Source of the DNA: Candidatus Woesearchaeota archaeon
GTDB lineage: Archaea > Nanobdellota > Nanobdellia > Woesearchaeales > CG1-02-33-12
NCBI GenBank assembly: GCA_017609385.1
Contig: JAFCEA010000004.1
Location: 1-37,730, forward strand
DNA: 37,730 nucleotides
Direction: 5' to 3'
This document shows, in pieces, positions 7,583 to 17,519 of the stretch. The translations under genes and the position numbers were made by a program. The first letter of the stretch is position 1. Every line of letters starts with the position of its first letter. Under the pieces are notes generated by a model. That model saw only the letters and a list, made by a program, of their open reading frames with translations. It ran no database searches and was not told the origin of the DNA.

Positions 7583-9745
7583 TTATTCTTCTGTTTTAAG
7601 GCCTTTTCTTTGCCTTATTTGTTTTATTATCTTTTCCTGCAGCTCATTAGGCAGTTTCTCAAAGTTTTGGTCAACAAGGAAATGGCTTCCTCTGCCTGCA
7701 GTAGCAGACCTTAAGTCAGAGGTCATTCCAAACATTTCTCCAACTGGTAGCTTTCCTTTAACAGTTATATGTTCGCCCTCTTGCTGCATATCAAGCAGTT
7801 GACCCCTTTTATTAGCAATAAGCTTTGATATTTCACCCATGTATTCTGCTGGCGCCTCAAACTGCAATGTCTGTAAAGGCTCGTAGATAACAGGGTTAGC
7901 AAGCATCATAGCCCCCCTTATACCTTCTCTTACAGCAGGATATACCTGCGCCGGGCCCCTATGGATTGCATCCTCATGCAGTTTTACATCCATTAGCATT
8001 ACCTTTACATTAATGCATGGCTCTCTTGCCAGTGGGCCAGCAGACATGACATCCTCAAACATATCCATTACCATCTCAATAACCTCTCCTATATGAACTA
8101 TGCCCCTGCTCATATCTATTAACATATTGCCTTTGTAAATATCCCTTACTTTTCTTGCAACCTTGGCATCCATTCCCAATTCCTGTAGTTTCTCCCAAAG
8201 AGCCTTATCTTTTTTCTTAATCCTCATTTCAGGCAGCTCTTTCTTCTTCATTGCATCCATAAACTCCTTTGATAGAGGCTCTACCTTAAAGTAAAATTTA
8301 TTGTGTTTGTTTGGGCTTTTTCCCTCTACCTCTGAAGATGCTTTTGTGATTGCTTCCCTGTAAACAACAATTGGCGGTGATGTTTTCACATCAACACCTT
8401 TTTCTGTCTTTATCCTGTTTTCAATAACCTCAAGATGTAATTCACCCATTCCATGCATTAGATGCTCTCCTGTCTCTTCATTAATCTCAATCTGTATGGT
8501 TGGGTCTTCCTTGCTTACCCTTCTTAAGACTTCAATAAGTTTTGGTAAGTCAGAGGCCTTTGTTGCTTCAATAGCCTTTGTAACAACTGGCTCAAATATA
8601 TGGGTAATTTGCTCAAAAGGCTCTGTTGGCTCTAAGGTTATTGTTTCGCCTGGCATTGCCTTTACACCTGCAACACCAACTATATTGCCTGCAAGAGCCC
8701 TGTCAACTATCTCTCTTTTTGCTCCATTATAGATAAATACCTGCTGTATCCTAAGATTTTTATTCTCCCTGTTCAAGTAAACATTCATTCCCTTTGTTAT
8801 TGTCCCTGAAAATATCCTTCCACATGATAATTCTCCGGCTTGTGGATCAACAACAATCTTTGTAATAACAAAAAACAATGGTCCTTTTGGATTGCATGAT
8901 AAAAGTGATTTTCCCTCCTCGCTTTCAGGGTCACCCTGCCATATTTTCTTGATTCTATAGCCCTGTGCCTCTACTGGATTGGGAAGGTGGTGAATGACTG
9001 CATCAAGAACAACTTCATGCAAAGGAGCCTTCTCAGCAAGTGGCTTGTGGTCTCCCTTTTCATAAGCATCAATTATATCCTTAAAGCTAATTCCTTTCTT
9101 TTTCATATAATTTACAGACATTGCCCAGTTATGGAATGCAGAGCCAAAGCAAACAGAACCATCCATTACATTAACATTCCATTTATCCTTAAACTCCTTG
9201 TCTGCTATTTCCTTTATCAGCTTATTTACATGATCTATTATCTTTACAAACTTTTCCTGCATCTGATCTGGTTTTAACTGAAGCTCCTTTATCAGCCTGT
9301 CAACCTTATTTATGAACAAAATTGGTTTAACATTTTCCCTTAAAGCCTGCCTTAGAACTGTTTCTGTCTGTGGCATCACGCCCTCTACAGCATCGCAAAG
9401 CACAATAACACCATCAACAGCCCTCATTGCCCTTGTGACATCCCCACTAAAATCTATATGTCCAGGCGTATCGAGTAAATTGATAAGGTAATTCTTGCCT
9501 TCAACATTATGCACCATTGATACAGCTGCTGTATCAATTGTTATCCCTCTTTCTTTTTCATCCTCATGAAAATCAAGAACACATTGCTTTCCTGCAAGCT
9601 CTTTTGACATCATTCCTGCTCCTGCAAGAAGATTATCACTCAGGGTGGTTTTCCCATGGTCAATATGAGCAGCAATACCAATATTTCTTATAAATTCAGG
9701 CTTGTCAGCAAGCTCCATAACCTTTTCAACCATTTTCTCTGCCAT
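7583..9745 (-). CDS. fusA: Elongation factor 2 (start moved to ATG 9745 behind SD GTGAGG)
   Basis: AHIDHGKTT, RGITID, DTPGHIDF, NKVD, and the diphthamide loop LHEDAIHRGPAQ. Confidence 0.97.
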   Translation of the reverse strand: MAEKMVEKVMELADKPEFIRNIGIAAHIDHGKTTLSDNLLAGAGMMSKELAGKQCVLDFHEDEKERGITIDTAAVSMVHNVEGKNYLINLLDTPGHIDFSGDVTRAMRAVDGVIVLCDAVEGVMPQTETVLRQALRENVKPILFINKVDRLIKELQLKPDQMQEKFVKIIDHVNKLIKEIADKEFKDKWNVNVMDGSVCFGSAFHNWAMSVNYMKKKGISFKDIIDAYEKGDHKPLAEKAPLHEVVLDAVIHHLPNPVEAQGYRIKKIWQGDPESEEGKSLLSCNPKGPLFFVITKIVVDPQAGELSCGRIFSGTITKGMNVYLNRENKNLRIQQVFIYNGAKREIVDRALAGNIVGVAGVKAMPGETITLEPTEPFEQITHIFEPVVTKAIEATKASDLPKLIEVLRRVSKEDPTIQIEINEETGEHLMHGMGELHLEVIENRIKTEKGVDVKTSPPIVVYREAITKASSEVEGKSPNKHNKFYFKVEPLSKEFMDAMKKKELPEMRIKKKDKALWEKLQELGMDAKVARKVRDIYKGNMLIDMSRGIVHIGEVIEMVMDMFEDVMSAGPLAREPCINVKVMLMDVKLHEDAIHRGPAQVYPAVREGIRGAMMLANPVIYEPLQTLQFEAPAEYMGEISKLIANKRGQLLDMQQEGEHITVKGKLPVGEMFGMTSDLRSATAGRGSHFLVDQNFEKLPNELQEKIIKQIRQRKGLKTEE

Positions 9746-9753
9746 TTTATTCC

Positions 9754-10251
9754 TCACTTACCATAATGAAATATTTCATCTGCTTTTTTATAATCATATA
9801 CTTCATTTATGCTGAACCAAAGCATTATTTCTTTTTCTGCCTCTTCAGCATTAGCTGAAGCATGAATCATATTTTTTACTGACATTTCTTTGCCATTTGC
9901 ATAATGGAACGAATGATGTGTAAAATCTCCTCTTATTGTTCCAGGCAAGGCCTTGCTTGGCTCTGTATCACCAGTTATTATCCTAACAACATTTATAACA
10001 TCAACACCTTCTAAGACCATTGCTACTATTGGCCCTTCAGTTATATAATCTATGCTTTGCTTCCTGACATTTTCTCCTCTCCTCATAGCAATATCTTCTG
10101 TGTAATGCTTTGCGGCAAATTCTTTGTCTATGCAGACCATCTTAAGGCCAATTATCTTAAGGCCTTTTTGTTCAAATCTTTTTATTACCTCACCAATTAA
10201 GCCTCTTTGCACGCCGTCTGGCTTTATTAAAACAAGTGTTCTTTGTATCAT
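9754..10251 (-). CDS. ndk: Nucleoside diphosphate kinase
   Basis: RTLVLIKPDGVQRGLIGE, PGTIRGDF, and NMIHAS with the catalytic His. Confidence 0.96.
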   Translation of the reverse strand: MIQRTLVLIKPDGVQRGLIGEVIKRFEQKGLKIIGLKMVCIDKEFAAKHYTEDIAMRRGENVRKQSIDYITEGPIVAMVLEGVDVINVVRIITGDTEPSKALPGTIRGDFTHHSFHYANGKEMSVKNMIHASANAEEAEKEIMLWFSINEVYDYKKADEIFHYGK

Positions 10252-10445
10252 TTTTTAGTTCCCTTTTTTATATCTTTAAATTCCTGAGTCCATTTTGTTG
10301 TTCTTGGCTTTCTCTTTAGCTTTAGCATATTTTTCTCACATTTTGATGAGCAAAAATATAATATCTTGCCAGTCTTCTGGACATATATCTTTCCAGTTCC
10401 TTTGTTAATATTTTCTTTGCAAAAACTGCACTTCACTTTTATCAT
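10248..10445 (-). CDS. rpl24e: 50S ribosomal protein L24e
   Basis: CSFC...GTGKIYV...[12 protein letters not shown]...RKPR...WT. Confidence 0.95.
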   Translation of the reverse strand: MIKVKCSFCKENINKGTGKIYVQKTGKILYFCSSKCEKNMLKLKRKPRTTKWTQEFKDIKKGTKK

Positions 10446-10702
10446 CTCCTACCTTGGGTAAGCTTTCTTGCCTCAATCTCTGTTTCCCTAAGCATTAATA
10501 TATCTCCTAATCTTACAGGACCCATTACATTTCTTCTTAAGATTTTGTTAGCATCCCTTCCCTCTAAAACCTTACACCTTACCTGTATAGCCTCGCCCCT
10601 AGTGCCTGTTCTGTCAATTATTTCCTCTACTTTTGCAGGAAAGGCATAGGAAAAACTAACTCCTGTCTTTTTTGCTGTTTCCTTTTTAACTTGAGGTTTC
10701 AT
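10442..10702 (-). CDS. rps28e: 30S ribosomal protein S28e
   Basis: [23 protein letters not shown]...[22 protein letters not shown]. Confidence 0.95.
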   Translation of the reverse strand: MKPQVKKETAKKTGVSFSYAFPAKVEEIIDRTGTRGEAIQVRCKVLEGRDANKILRRNVMGPVRLGDILMLRETEIEARKLTQGRR

Positions 10703-10717
10703 ATAAAATCACCTTAA

Positions 10718-11059
10718 TTATTCCTTTAATTTTTTAATTATATCCTTGACTGTGGCTTTTGCTTCACCTTCCTCAATTATTGCAATGCTTGCTGTTCCAA
10801 CACTTATGCCAGCTGCTGCACCAAGCTCTTCTTTGCTAGGCACCTCAACACATAAAACCTCCTTCTCTTTTGACAAAAGTGGTATGTGCATTGTGATTTC
10901 TGGTGGATTAACATTTTTTGCTGTTACAACCAGTTTTGCTATGCCTTTTTCAATAGCCTTTGTTACCTCATTACTTCCTTTCTTTATCCTTCCAGTTGCC
11001 TTGGCAACCTCTATAGCCTCATAAATTTTGTCTACTACTTCTTTTGATATCTCAGCCAT
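10718..11059 (-). CDS. rpl7ae: 50S ribosomal protein L7Ae (start at ATG 11059 after GGAGG)
   Basis: IKKGSNEVTKAIE.G.AKLVV.A..V.P.EI..H.P.L..EK...VPSKEELG.AAG. Confidence 0.95.
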   Translation of the reverse strand: MAEISKEVVDKIYEAIEVAKATGRIKKGSNEVTKAIEKGIAKLVVTAKNVNPPEITMHIPLLSKEKEVLCVEVPSKEELGAAAGISVGTASIAIIEEGEAKATVKDIIKKLKE

Positions 11060-11124
11060 TTTATATTCCTCCTTGATTTGAATTATTATTTTTGAGGATA
11101 ACAAATTCAAGAATCTGCATACCT

Positions 11125-11156
11125 CATTCAAACCGCAAGCGGTTATCATCAATCAT
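11125..11156 (-). promoter_or_regulatory. Putative kink-turn in the rpl7ae 5' UTR (L7Ae autoregulation site)
   Basis: Minus strand ATTGATGA-TAACCGC-TT-GCGGTT-TGAAT: box-C-like TGATGA and box-D-like TTGA flank a 6-bp stem, downstream of a TTTATAAA TATA. Confidence 0.6.
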
Positions 11157-11287
11157 TGATTTTTAACTGGGAGTTTTAACCCCTTTATAAAGTTTGTGGT
11201 ATTTTAGCTATGAAAATACACAAGATTTATATATTAAACTAGAATTTAACTATAATTAGAATAAAATATTTATGATGAGGTGTAAAA

Positions 11288-11434
11288 ATGGTAGAAGCAA
11301 GATGCATGAAATGCAAAAAACAGGTTGAAATAAAAAATCCAGAAGAAGTAGTTATGAAGAATAAGATGAAGGCTATGAAAGGGGTTTGCCCACACTGTGG
11401 AACAAAGGTCTTCAGAATCTTAGGAAAAGCTTAA
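11288..11434 (+). CDS. 48-aa zinc-ribbon protein (DUF5679/Cren7-like small basic protein)
   Basis: MVEARCMKCKKQVEIKNPEEVVMKNKMKAMKGVCPHCGTKVFRILGKA* with SD GAGGTG; two CxxC motifs and GTKVFRILG. Below the ORF-track length cutoff. Confidence 0.85.
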   Translation: MVEARCMKCKKQVEIKNPEEVVMKNKMKAMKGVCPHCGTKVFRILGKA

Positions 11435-12168
11435 TTTTTTCTTTGATTTTTATTCTGAAAAGCCTCAATTGCCCTAAAGAAATCTATTTTTGTAAAGTCA
11501 GGCCACTGCTTATCTGTGAAAAAAATCATAGAGTTTTTTGAGTCCCAAAGCAAAAGCCCTGAAAATTTCTTGTTATTCTCTATTATTAAATCAGGTGATA
11601 TAAAATATGATGAATAAAGATTTTCTTTGATTAGTTGGTTGTTTATTGATTCAGGATCAATCTTTTCTGATTTTATCTGCCTTGCAATAAGCCTGCAGGC
11701 ATCAACTATCTCTTCATGGCCATCATAATTCACACAAAAATTAAGGAAGAACTTATCATAATCCTTTGTTGACTCTATTATCCCCCTTACCTGATTTACT
11801 ACGCGCTCAGGCAGGTCATACCATTTTCCAAGAACAGATACCTTTATCTGGTTTTTGTGAATTTTTTTATTAGCTATAAGTTCATTGAAGAATTTAGACA
11901 GGTCATCCATTAGAAATGAAAAATTTTCAGAGTTCTTTGCACTGCTTGATAACAGAAATATTGTCATAATAGGTATATTAGATTCTATTTGGACATTCAC
12001 AAGGTTTTTTATTAGATTAGTTCTTTTATTGTATACATCTTCAAGATTTATATTTGGCATGGTTTTCAGCTCTTTCTCCATTGTAATGGCTATATGCCTA
12101 GGCATATCTGCCTTGATTATATGGATTTTCCCCCTTGCTTTTAGGATATCAGTTATCTTCTTGAACAT
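11431..12168 (-). CDS. cis-prenyltransferase (UppS) homolog, catalytic motifs degenerate
   Basis: PRHIAIT, NFCVNYDGHEEIVDA, PDLII, LLLW and WPDF are recognisable, but DGNxRW and RTSG..R.S are absent. Confidence 0.8.
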   Translation of the reverse strand: MFKKITDILKARGKIHIIKADMPRHIAITMEKELKTMPNINLEDVYNKRTNLIKNLVNVQIESNIPIMTIFLLSSSAKNSENFSFLMDDLSKFFNELIANKKIHKNQIKVSVLGKWYDLPERVVNQVRGIIESTKDYDKFFLNFCVNYDGHEEIVDACRLIARQIKSEKIDPESINNQLIKENLYSSYFISPDLIIENNKKFSGLLLWDSKNSMIFFTDKQWPDFTKIDFFRAIEAFQNKNQRKN

Positions 12169-12247
12169 ATAGCTACTATATGATAAAGAACTTTATAAAG
12201 CTTTTTATTTAAAAAGATTTTTTCTCACAAAGTTTAAATATAGGTCA

Positions 12248-13123
12248 ATGATTTTTTTAGTTAAGATGTTTTTATTCGCTAATGTTACAGCCTTCATAAG
12301 CCTGATTATTGCAAGCATTACAGATATAAAAACCAGAGAAGTGCCGGATTGGCTTAACTATGGGCTTATTATTTTTGGGCTTGGCTCAAGGCTTATTTAT
12401 TCTATTGCTTTATCAGATATTAGTTTCTTCTTATATGGATTAGCAGGATTTTTTGTATTTTTTGTAATAGCAAACCTTATGTTTTATTCTGCACAGTGGG
12501 GCGGTGGCGACAGCAAACTCTTGATGGGCCTTGGAGCAGTGATTGGCCTGAATTTCAATTTTAGGGAAATGCCTTTTCTTCTTATTTTCTGGATTAACAT
12601 AATACTAATAGGGGCAATATACGGGCTTTTCTGGAGTTTTATGGTTGCATTCAGAAATAAGAAAAGATTTTTGAAAGATTTTAAAACAAGAGCCAAAAAA
12701 TCAGCTAAAATAAGAAGATTTTTATTAATAATATGCCTTGCTGTTCTTTTATCTGCATTTTTTATTGATTCTATTGCAACAAGAGTTTTATTGGTTATCC
12801 TTGTTTTTTCAATACTACTAATTTTTTACATATCAATATTCATTAAGTCAGTTGAAAAAACATGCATGCTTAAGCTTGTTGAGCCAGAAAAGCTTACAGA
12901 AGGTGACTGGATTGCAAGAAATGTTATTATTAAGAAAAAAAGAATCTGCGGCCCAAAGGACTTGGGCATTGAAAAAAAGCAGATAAAACAGTTAATTAAA
13001 TTAAAAAGAAAAGGCCTGATAAAAAAAGTCCTAATAAAAGAAGGCATACCATTTGTTCCAAGCTTTTTAGTTGCATTTATTATAACTCTTTGGTTTGGCA
13101 ACTGGCTTTTATTATTCATTTAG
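12248..13123 (+). CDS. A24 family prepilin/preflagellin peptidase (start may be 12266)
   Basis: SITDIKTREVPD, WGGGDSKLL (GxGD), multiple TM segments, C-terminal EGIPFVPSF. Confidence 0.92.
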   Translation: MIFLVKMFLFANVTAFISLIIASITDIKTREVPDWLNYGLIIFGLGSRLIYSIALSDISFFLYGLAGFFVFFVIANLMFYSAQWGGGDSKLLMGLGAVIGLNFNFREMPFLLIFWINIILIGAIYGLFWSFMVAFRNKKRFLKDFKTRAKKSAKIRRFLLIICLAVLLSAFFIDSIATRVLLVILVFSILLIFYISIFIKSVEKTCMLKLVEPEKLTEGDWIARNVIIKKKRICGPKDLGIEKKQIKQLIKLKRKGLIKKVLIKEGIPFVPSFLVAFIITLWFGNWLLLFI

Positions 13124-13190
13124 GAATAAATTCTTGCTGTTTTTATGAAAAAAAGAAACTAATAAATATAAGCTATATTCTTTAATTAAT

Positions 13191-13751
13191 ATGCCTTTTG
13201 AACTTGAAGAAATAAAGAAAATAAGAAAGAGGTTTGGGCTTACGCAGTTTGAGCTGGCCAAGAAAGCACTGGTTTCACAGTCATTGATAGCCAAGATAGA
13301 ATCAAGGAGAATAGATCCAACCTTTACAAAAGTTAAGAAGATATTTGATGTTCTCGATGAATTAAAAAATAAGAATGAGCTTAAAGCAGAGGATATCATG
13401 ACAAAAAAAGTGATCTATGTTAATGCTGATGATAATATAACAAGTGCAATAAACAAAATGAGAAAGCATGAGATATCACAGCTTCCTGTTTTTAATAAGA
13501 ATAATGTTGTTGGCCTTGTTTCAGAAAGCACTATCCTGGACTCAATATCAAGCAATAAACCAGAGAAGACAGCCATGTTAAGAATTAAGGATATTATGCA
13601 GGACTGCCCGCCGATTGTTTCCAGAAAAACATCCACAAGCATTATTTCTAATTTGCTGAAATACTATCCGATCGTCTTGGTGGCCGAAGAAGGAAAACCA
13701 ACAGGAGTAATAACAAAATCAGACATGCTAAGAACTATTTACAAGGGTTGA
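13191..13751 (+). CDS. HTH(XRE)-CBS domain transcriptional regulator
   Basis: RKRFGLTQFELAKKALVSQSLIAKIES HTH followed by a tandem CBS pair. Confidence 0.9.
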   Translation: MPFELEEIKKIRKRFGLTQFELAKKALVSQSLIAKIESRRIDPTFTKVKKIFDVLDELKNKNELKAEDIMTKKVIYVNADDNITSAINKMRKHEISQLPVFNKNNVVGLVSESTILDSISSNKPEKTAMLRIKDIMQDCPPIVSRKTSTSIISNLLKYYPIVLVAEEGKPTGVITKSDMLRTIYKG

Positions 13752-14461
13752 TTTAAATTCTTTAATTTTCCAAAATCATAAACCTTGTCAGCCACAACAA
13801 AAACCTCAAAGTTGCTTATGTCTTGTCCAAGGAATGGGCTCAATAATTTCTCACTTAAGACGTCAGTGCCTTCTGTTGCAAGGCAAAAGGATGGCATAAC
13901 AATCAGGCTTTTTCTTTTCCATCTCCCTTTTAAAAAGCATTTGAATTTTTCTGTTCTTATATCCTCTCTCAGTGATATTGCAGGGTGTTCATGAGCTATG
14001 ATTATTGTTTTTGTTTTTTTCAGAATTTCTTTTTTAGGAATCTTATGGCCATGTGTTATTAAAATACCTTTTTTTGTTAAATAATGCTCAACAATCTTAA
14101 TATTTTTTTTCTTTGCAATAGGCCCAATTATTGTATCATGATTGCCTTTAATTAATATAATCTCATCACAAAACTTAGTTAAAAAATCCAATAACCTTAA
14201 TGTTTCCCTCCACTCCTGCTCTGATATTGTTCCAAACTCATGCTTTATATCGCCGTTGATTATTATTTTTAGTTTATCTTTTTTTAACCTTGAGAATATT
14301 TTTGTTAATCTTTTTATAATATCCTTGAACTGAAATTTTGGAACTAATATGCCCTGCTTGTTCAGTGTTTCCTCATAGCCAATATGAAAGTCTGCTAATA
14401 CAAGAATCTTTTCATTCTTAAGCAGAAGCCCCAAATCAATTATTTCAATTCCTTTTATCAT
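13739..14461 (-). CDS. Metallophosphoesterase (Lhr-associated, ICC-like)
   Basis: ADFHIGYE, NGDIKH, KGNHD, THGH, AHEHPA; adjacent to lhr. Confidence 0.9.
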   Translation of the reverse strand: MIKGIEIIDLGLLLKNEKILVLADFHIGYEETLNKQGILVPKFQFKDIIKRLTKIFSRLKKDKLKIIINGDIKHEFGTISEQEWRETLRLLDFLTKFCDEIILIKGNHDTIIGPIAKKKNIKIVEHYLTKKGILITHGHKIPKKEILKKTKTIIIAHEHPAISLREDIRTEKFKCFLKGRWKRKSLIVMPSFCLATEGTDVLSEKLLSPFLGQDISNFEVFVVADKVYDFGKLKNLNQPL

Positions 14462-14462
14462 C

Positions 14463-17060
14463 TTAATCCATCCTGTGCTTTAACCCAATCTTTGCAAGAG
14501 TCATCTGATGCATTCTTCTCAGGAATTCCATCTTGTCTTCCATTCTCATAACATCTAAATGCCCCTGCATAACAAGATTAAGTGCAAATGGCGAGGGAAT
14601 GGTTGTTGTTATCTGCTTTATCCTGATTTTTTTCTCTTCTATTTGCTTTAAAACAAGTTTTGCATTTTCAATATCCATTAAATCTTGCAGCACTTCACGC
14701 CTTGCCTCTTTTAAAATGGAAAAATTAGGAGATATTCTTTTCACAGCACTCATTAATATCATTGAGGAAACCTGCTGTCTTCCAACCCGCATCTTTCTGC
14801 CATTATAATTTCTTAATATCATTAAAGCACGTGTTGCGCAATGCCTGAACCTTCTTTTCAAGACCTCTGTCTTGTCAATTGCCATATTAAGAACAAGCTC
14901 GAGTTTCTCAGACTTAAGAATCTTCAATGCCTTTACGCCATTTATTCCCTTTTCAGAGCTTATGTAAAATCCATTATCACTTATCCCTATCTCAACATCC
15001 CTGTGCTGAATACGAGAAATTGCAAAAGCAATGGCCCTTGACAGAACATCATTTATTCTCCGCCCATAAAGGCTGTGGAAGATACAATACTTGCGATTAT
15101 CATCATTATATGATTCAACTAATAGTTTTTTTATAGATGGAATCTCTGCATAAAAATACTGCTCCTGAAAATAATTGTATATTGCATTAGCAGCATTCAT
15201 ATCAACATAAAGATATTTGTTGATAAACTCTATAATATCTTTTTTACTCTGCTTTTTCAGGAATTTCTCTTCCATATATCTTCTAAATTTAGTTATTTCT
15301 AATGCAAGATCAAAACTTAAAGGCAGGCTTTCAGAAAACCAGGAGGGTATTGTTGGGGGCCTGTTGACAGAAGAGCTTACATAAGCAACCATTCCCTTTG
15401 AATATAAGAACTCATACATATTTCCGCCAAGCACAAAAACATCTCCTCTTCTCATTTTTTCTAAAAAGGCCTCATCTATCTTCCCGATAGTCTGCTCACC
15501 AACCTTTACAATAACAAAAGTTTCATCTGGTATTGTTCCAATGTTTGTCATGTATGTAACCCTTGCAAGCCGCCCTCTTCTGCCAATCATCCCTGTTTCC
15601 TCGTCGTGCCAGATTTTAGCATAGATATGCCTGTCTTCAAGAGAAATGTATTTTCCTGCAAGATAATCTATAATTTCATTAAAATCAACTCTTTTTAGGT
15701 CATTAAAGCAATAACTCTTTTTTATTAACGAGAATAAATCATTTATGTGTATCTTTTGTGCTATTGCAATACCATAAATCTGCTGTGCAAGGACATCAAG
15801 GCAGTTTTTTGGGATATGAATTTTATCAATCTTTTCCTCAATAGCTGACTTCAAGAGAACAGCGCATTCAACTAAATCATCCCTGTCAAGAACAATTATT
15901 CTTCCTTTTGATATGTCATGCAGCTTATGGCCAGAGCGACCACATCTCTGTAAAGCACGTGCAACTGATTTTGGAGAGCCAAGAAGGATAACCAAATCAA
16001 TATAACCAATATCTATGCCAAGCTCCAAAGAGGTGCTTGAGACAACTGCCTTTAGTTTGCCCTGCCTTAATTTATCCTCAATATCATGCCTGTGGATTTT
16101 TGACAAAGAGCCGTGATGAGCGCCTATGTTTTCAGTATAATTTTTTGGGAAACTCTCTTTAAGGTGATCAACAACCCTTTCAGTAGCAGACCTTGTGTTT
16201 GTAAATATGAGTGTTGTTTTGTGGTCCTGTATAAGCTTATCAATGAGATTATACATTGCATTCTGCATTTCTTCATGGCTTGTGTTTATTAAATCAGGAA
16301 CAGGACTTAAAACCTTTAAGTCCATTTTTTTTATGAACTGAACATTGATAATCTTACAGTCTCTTGGCTTTGCATTTTCAAAACCAACAAGGAATTTTGC
16401 AACATTATCTAATGGACTTATTGTTGCACTTAAACCAACTCTGCATATATGCTGTGAAAGCCTTTGAAGCCTTTCAAGGCTTAATGATAGATGAACCCCT
16501 CTTTTGTTATCTGCCAATGCATGTATCTCATCAACAATACACCACTCAATATTTCTTAATAACTCTCTGAATTTTATTGTTGATAATAATATAGCTAATG
16601 ATTCTGGTGTTGTTATAAGAATATGGGGTGGTTTTTTGAGCATTTTTGATCTTTCTGATGGGGTTGTATCGCCGGTCCTTACAGCAACCCTTATTCCAAG
16701 ATTTTTTCCTGCAATCTCTTCCATCTCTCTTAGTGGCTCATTTAGATTGACCTCTATATCATAATTTAATGCTTTTAATGGTGAAACATAAACGCAATAT
16801 ATCTTATCCTCTAAAATTCCCTTTTCAGCAGAGTCAACAAGCTCATTTAAAATAGATAAAAAAGCAGTCAGTGTTTTTGTTGCTCCTGTTGGAGCTGATA
16901 TAAGAACATTAGAGCGTGAATGAACTTCCATTATCCCATAAAGCTGAGGCAGAGAAAACTCTTTAAATCTGGAAAAGAACCACTTCCTTACAAGAGGGTT
17001 CATTACATTGATTATTTCCTTTTCAGTATTTGGTTTTTCCTTAACAATAATCATACTCAC
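14463..17060 (-). CDS. lhr: Lhr-family SF2 ATP-dependent helicase
   Basis: APTGATKT, SPLKAL, TTPESL, DEIH, SAT, HHGSLS, SLELGIDIG, QRCGRSGH, PSWFSE. Confidence 0.93.
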   Translation of the reverse strand: MSMIIVKEKPNTEKEIINVMNPLVRKWFFSRFKEFSLPQLYGIMEVHSRSNVLISAPTGATKTLTAFLSILNELVDSAEKGILEDKIYCVYVSPLKALNYDIEVNLNEPLREMEEIAGKNLGIRVAVRTGDTTPSERSKMLKKPPHILITTPESLAILLSTIKFRELLRNIEWCIVDEIHALADNKRGVHLSLSLERLQRLSQHICRVGLSATISPLDNVAKFLVGFENAKPRDCKIINVQFIKKMDLKVLSPVPDLINTSHEEMQNAMYNLIDKLIQDHKTTLIFTNTRSATERVVDHLKESFPKNYTENIGAHHGSLSKIHRHDIEDKLRQGKLKAVVSSTSLELGIDIGYIDLVILLGSPKSVARALQRCGRSGHKLHDISKGRIIVLDRDDLVECAVLLKSAIEEKIDKIHIPKNCLDVLAQQIYGIAIAQKIHINDLFSLIKKSYCFNDLKRVDFNEIIDYLAGKYISLEDRHIYAKIWHDEETGMIGRRGRLARVTYMTNIGTIPDETFVIVKVGEQTIGKIDEAFLEKMRRGDVFVLGGNMYEFLYSKGMVAYVSSSVNRPPTIPSWFSESLPLSFDLALEITKFRRYMEEKFLKKQSKKDIIEFINKYLYVDMNAANAIYNYFQEQYFYAEIPSIKKLLVESYNDDNRKYCIFHSLYGRRINDVLSRAIAFAISRIQHRDVEIGISDNGFYISSEKGINGVKALKILKSEKLELVLNMAIDKTEVLKRRFRHCATRALMILRNYNGRKMRVGRQQVSSMILMSAVKRISPNFSILKEARREVLQDLMDIENAKLVLKQIEEKKIRIKQITTTIPSPFALNLVMQGHLDVMRMEDKMEFLRRMHQMTLAKIGLKHRMD

Positions 17061-17150
17061 AAAGAAACATTATATGCTTATAAAACTTATCATCTTAAAT
17101 ATTTATGTATCCTCTATACCCCTATGGTAAGATACATACTTATATACAAT

Positions 17151-17444
17151 ATGTTTGTACAAATAATCCATGATTCTAATTACTATCAAAATACAACAAA
17201 AACCAAAAGACGGGAGATTAATGAATTGTTAAATAGGGATAGTCTTAAAAAATATTTTGGTAGCAGGGTTGTTCCTCAGTTAACACTTCACGAATCTTTT
17301 GTTTTGGGATTTGCGAATTCTGATGCACTGCAAAAAAGAACTTATGAGGAACAACATAAGGTCATGAAATATCTGAAATCTGACAAGTTCAAAAATTATT
17401 TAAACAATTTAGAAGGAAGAATTAGCAAATTAGTTGGTGTTTAG
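17151..17444 (+). CDS. Hypothetical protein (start 17151 or 17124; longer ORF call overlaps lhr)
   Basis: An open frame fills the gap between the divergent lhr and the convergent rps12; no recognisable motif. Confidence 0.5.
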   Translation: MFVQIIHDSNYYQNTTKTKRREINELLNRDSLKKYFGSRVVPQLTLHESFVLGFANSDALQKRTYEEQHKVMKYLKSDKFKNYLNNLEGRISKLVGV

Positions 17445-17519
17445 GACTCTAAACTTATTTCTACTAACTTATGCAATAACAGATATTAAAGAAAAGTTTA
17501 AAATAAATAATGCATAGAA

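Noticed and set aside
11060-11152. N-terminal extension of L7Ae in the ORF track
   Set aside because: The strong SD and homology start at 11059; the extension is the structured 5' UTR.
16920-17123. Long N-terminus of ORF 16920-17444
   Set aside because: It overlaps lhr antisense and the promoter region; a downstream ATG is more plausible.
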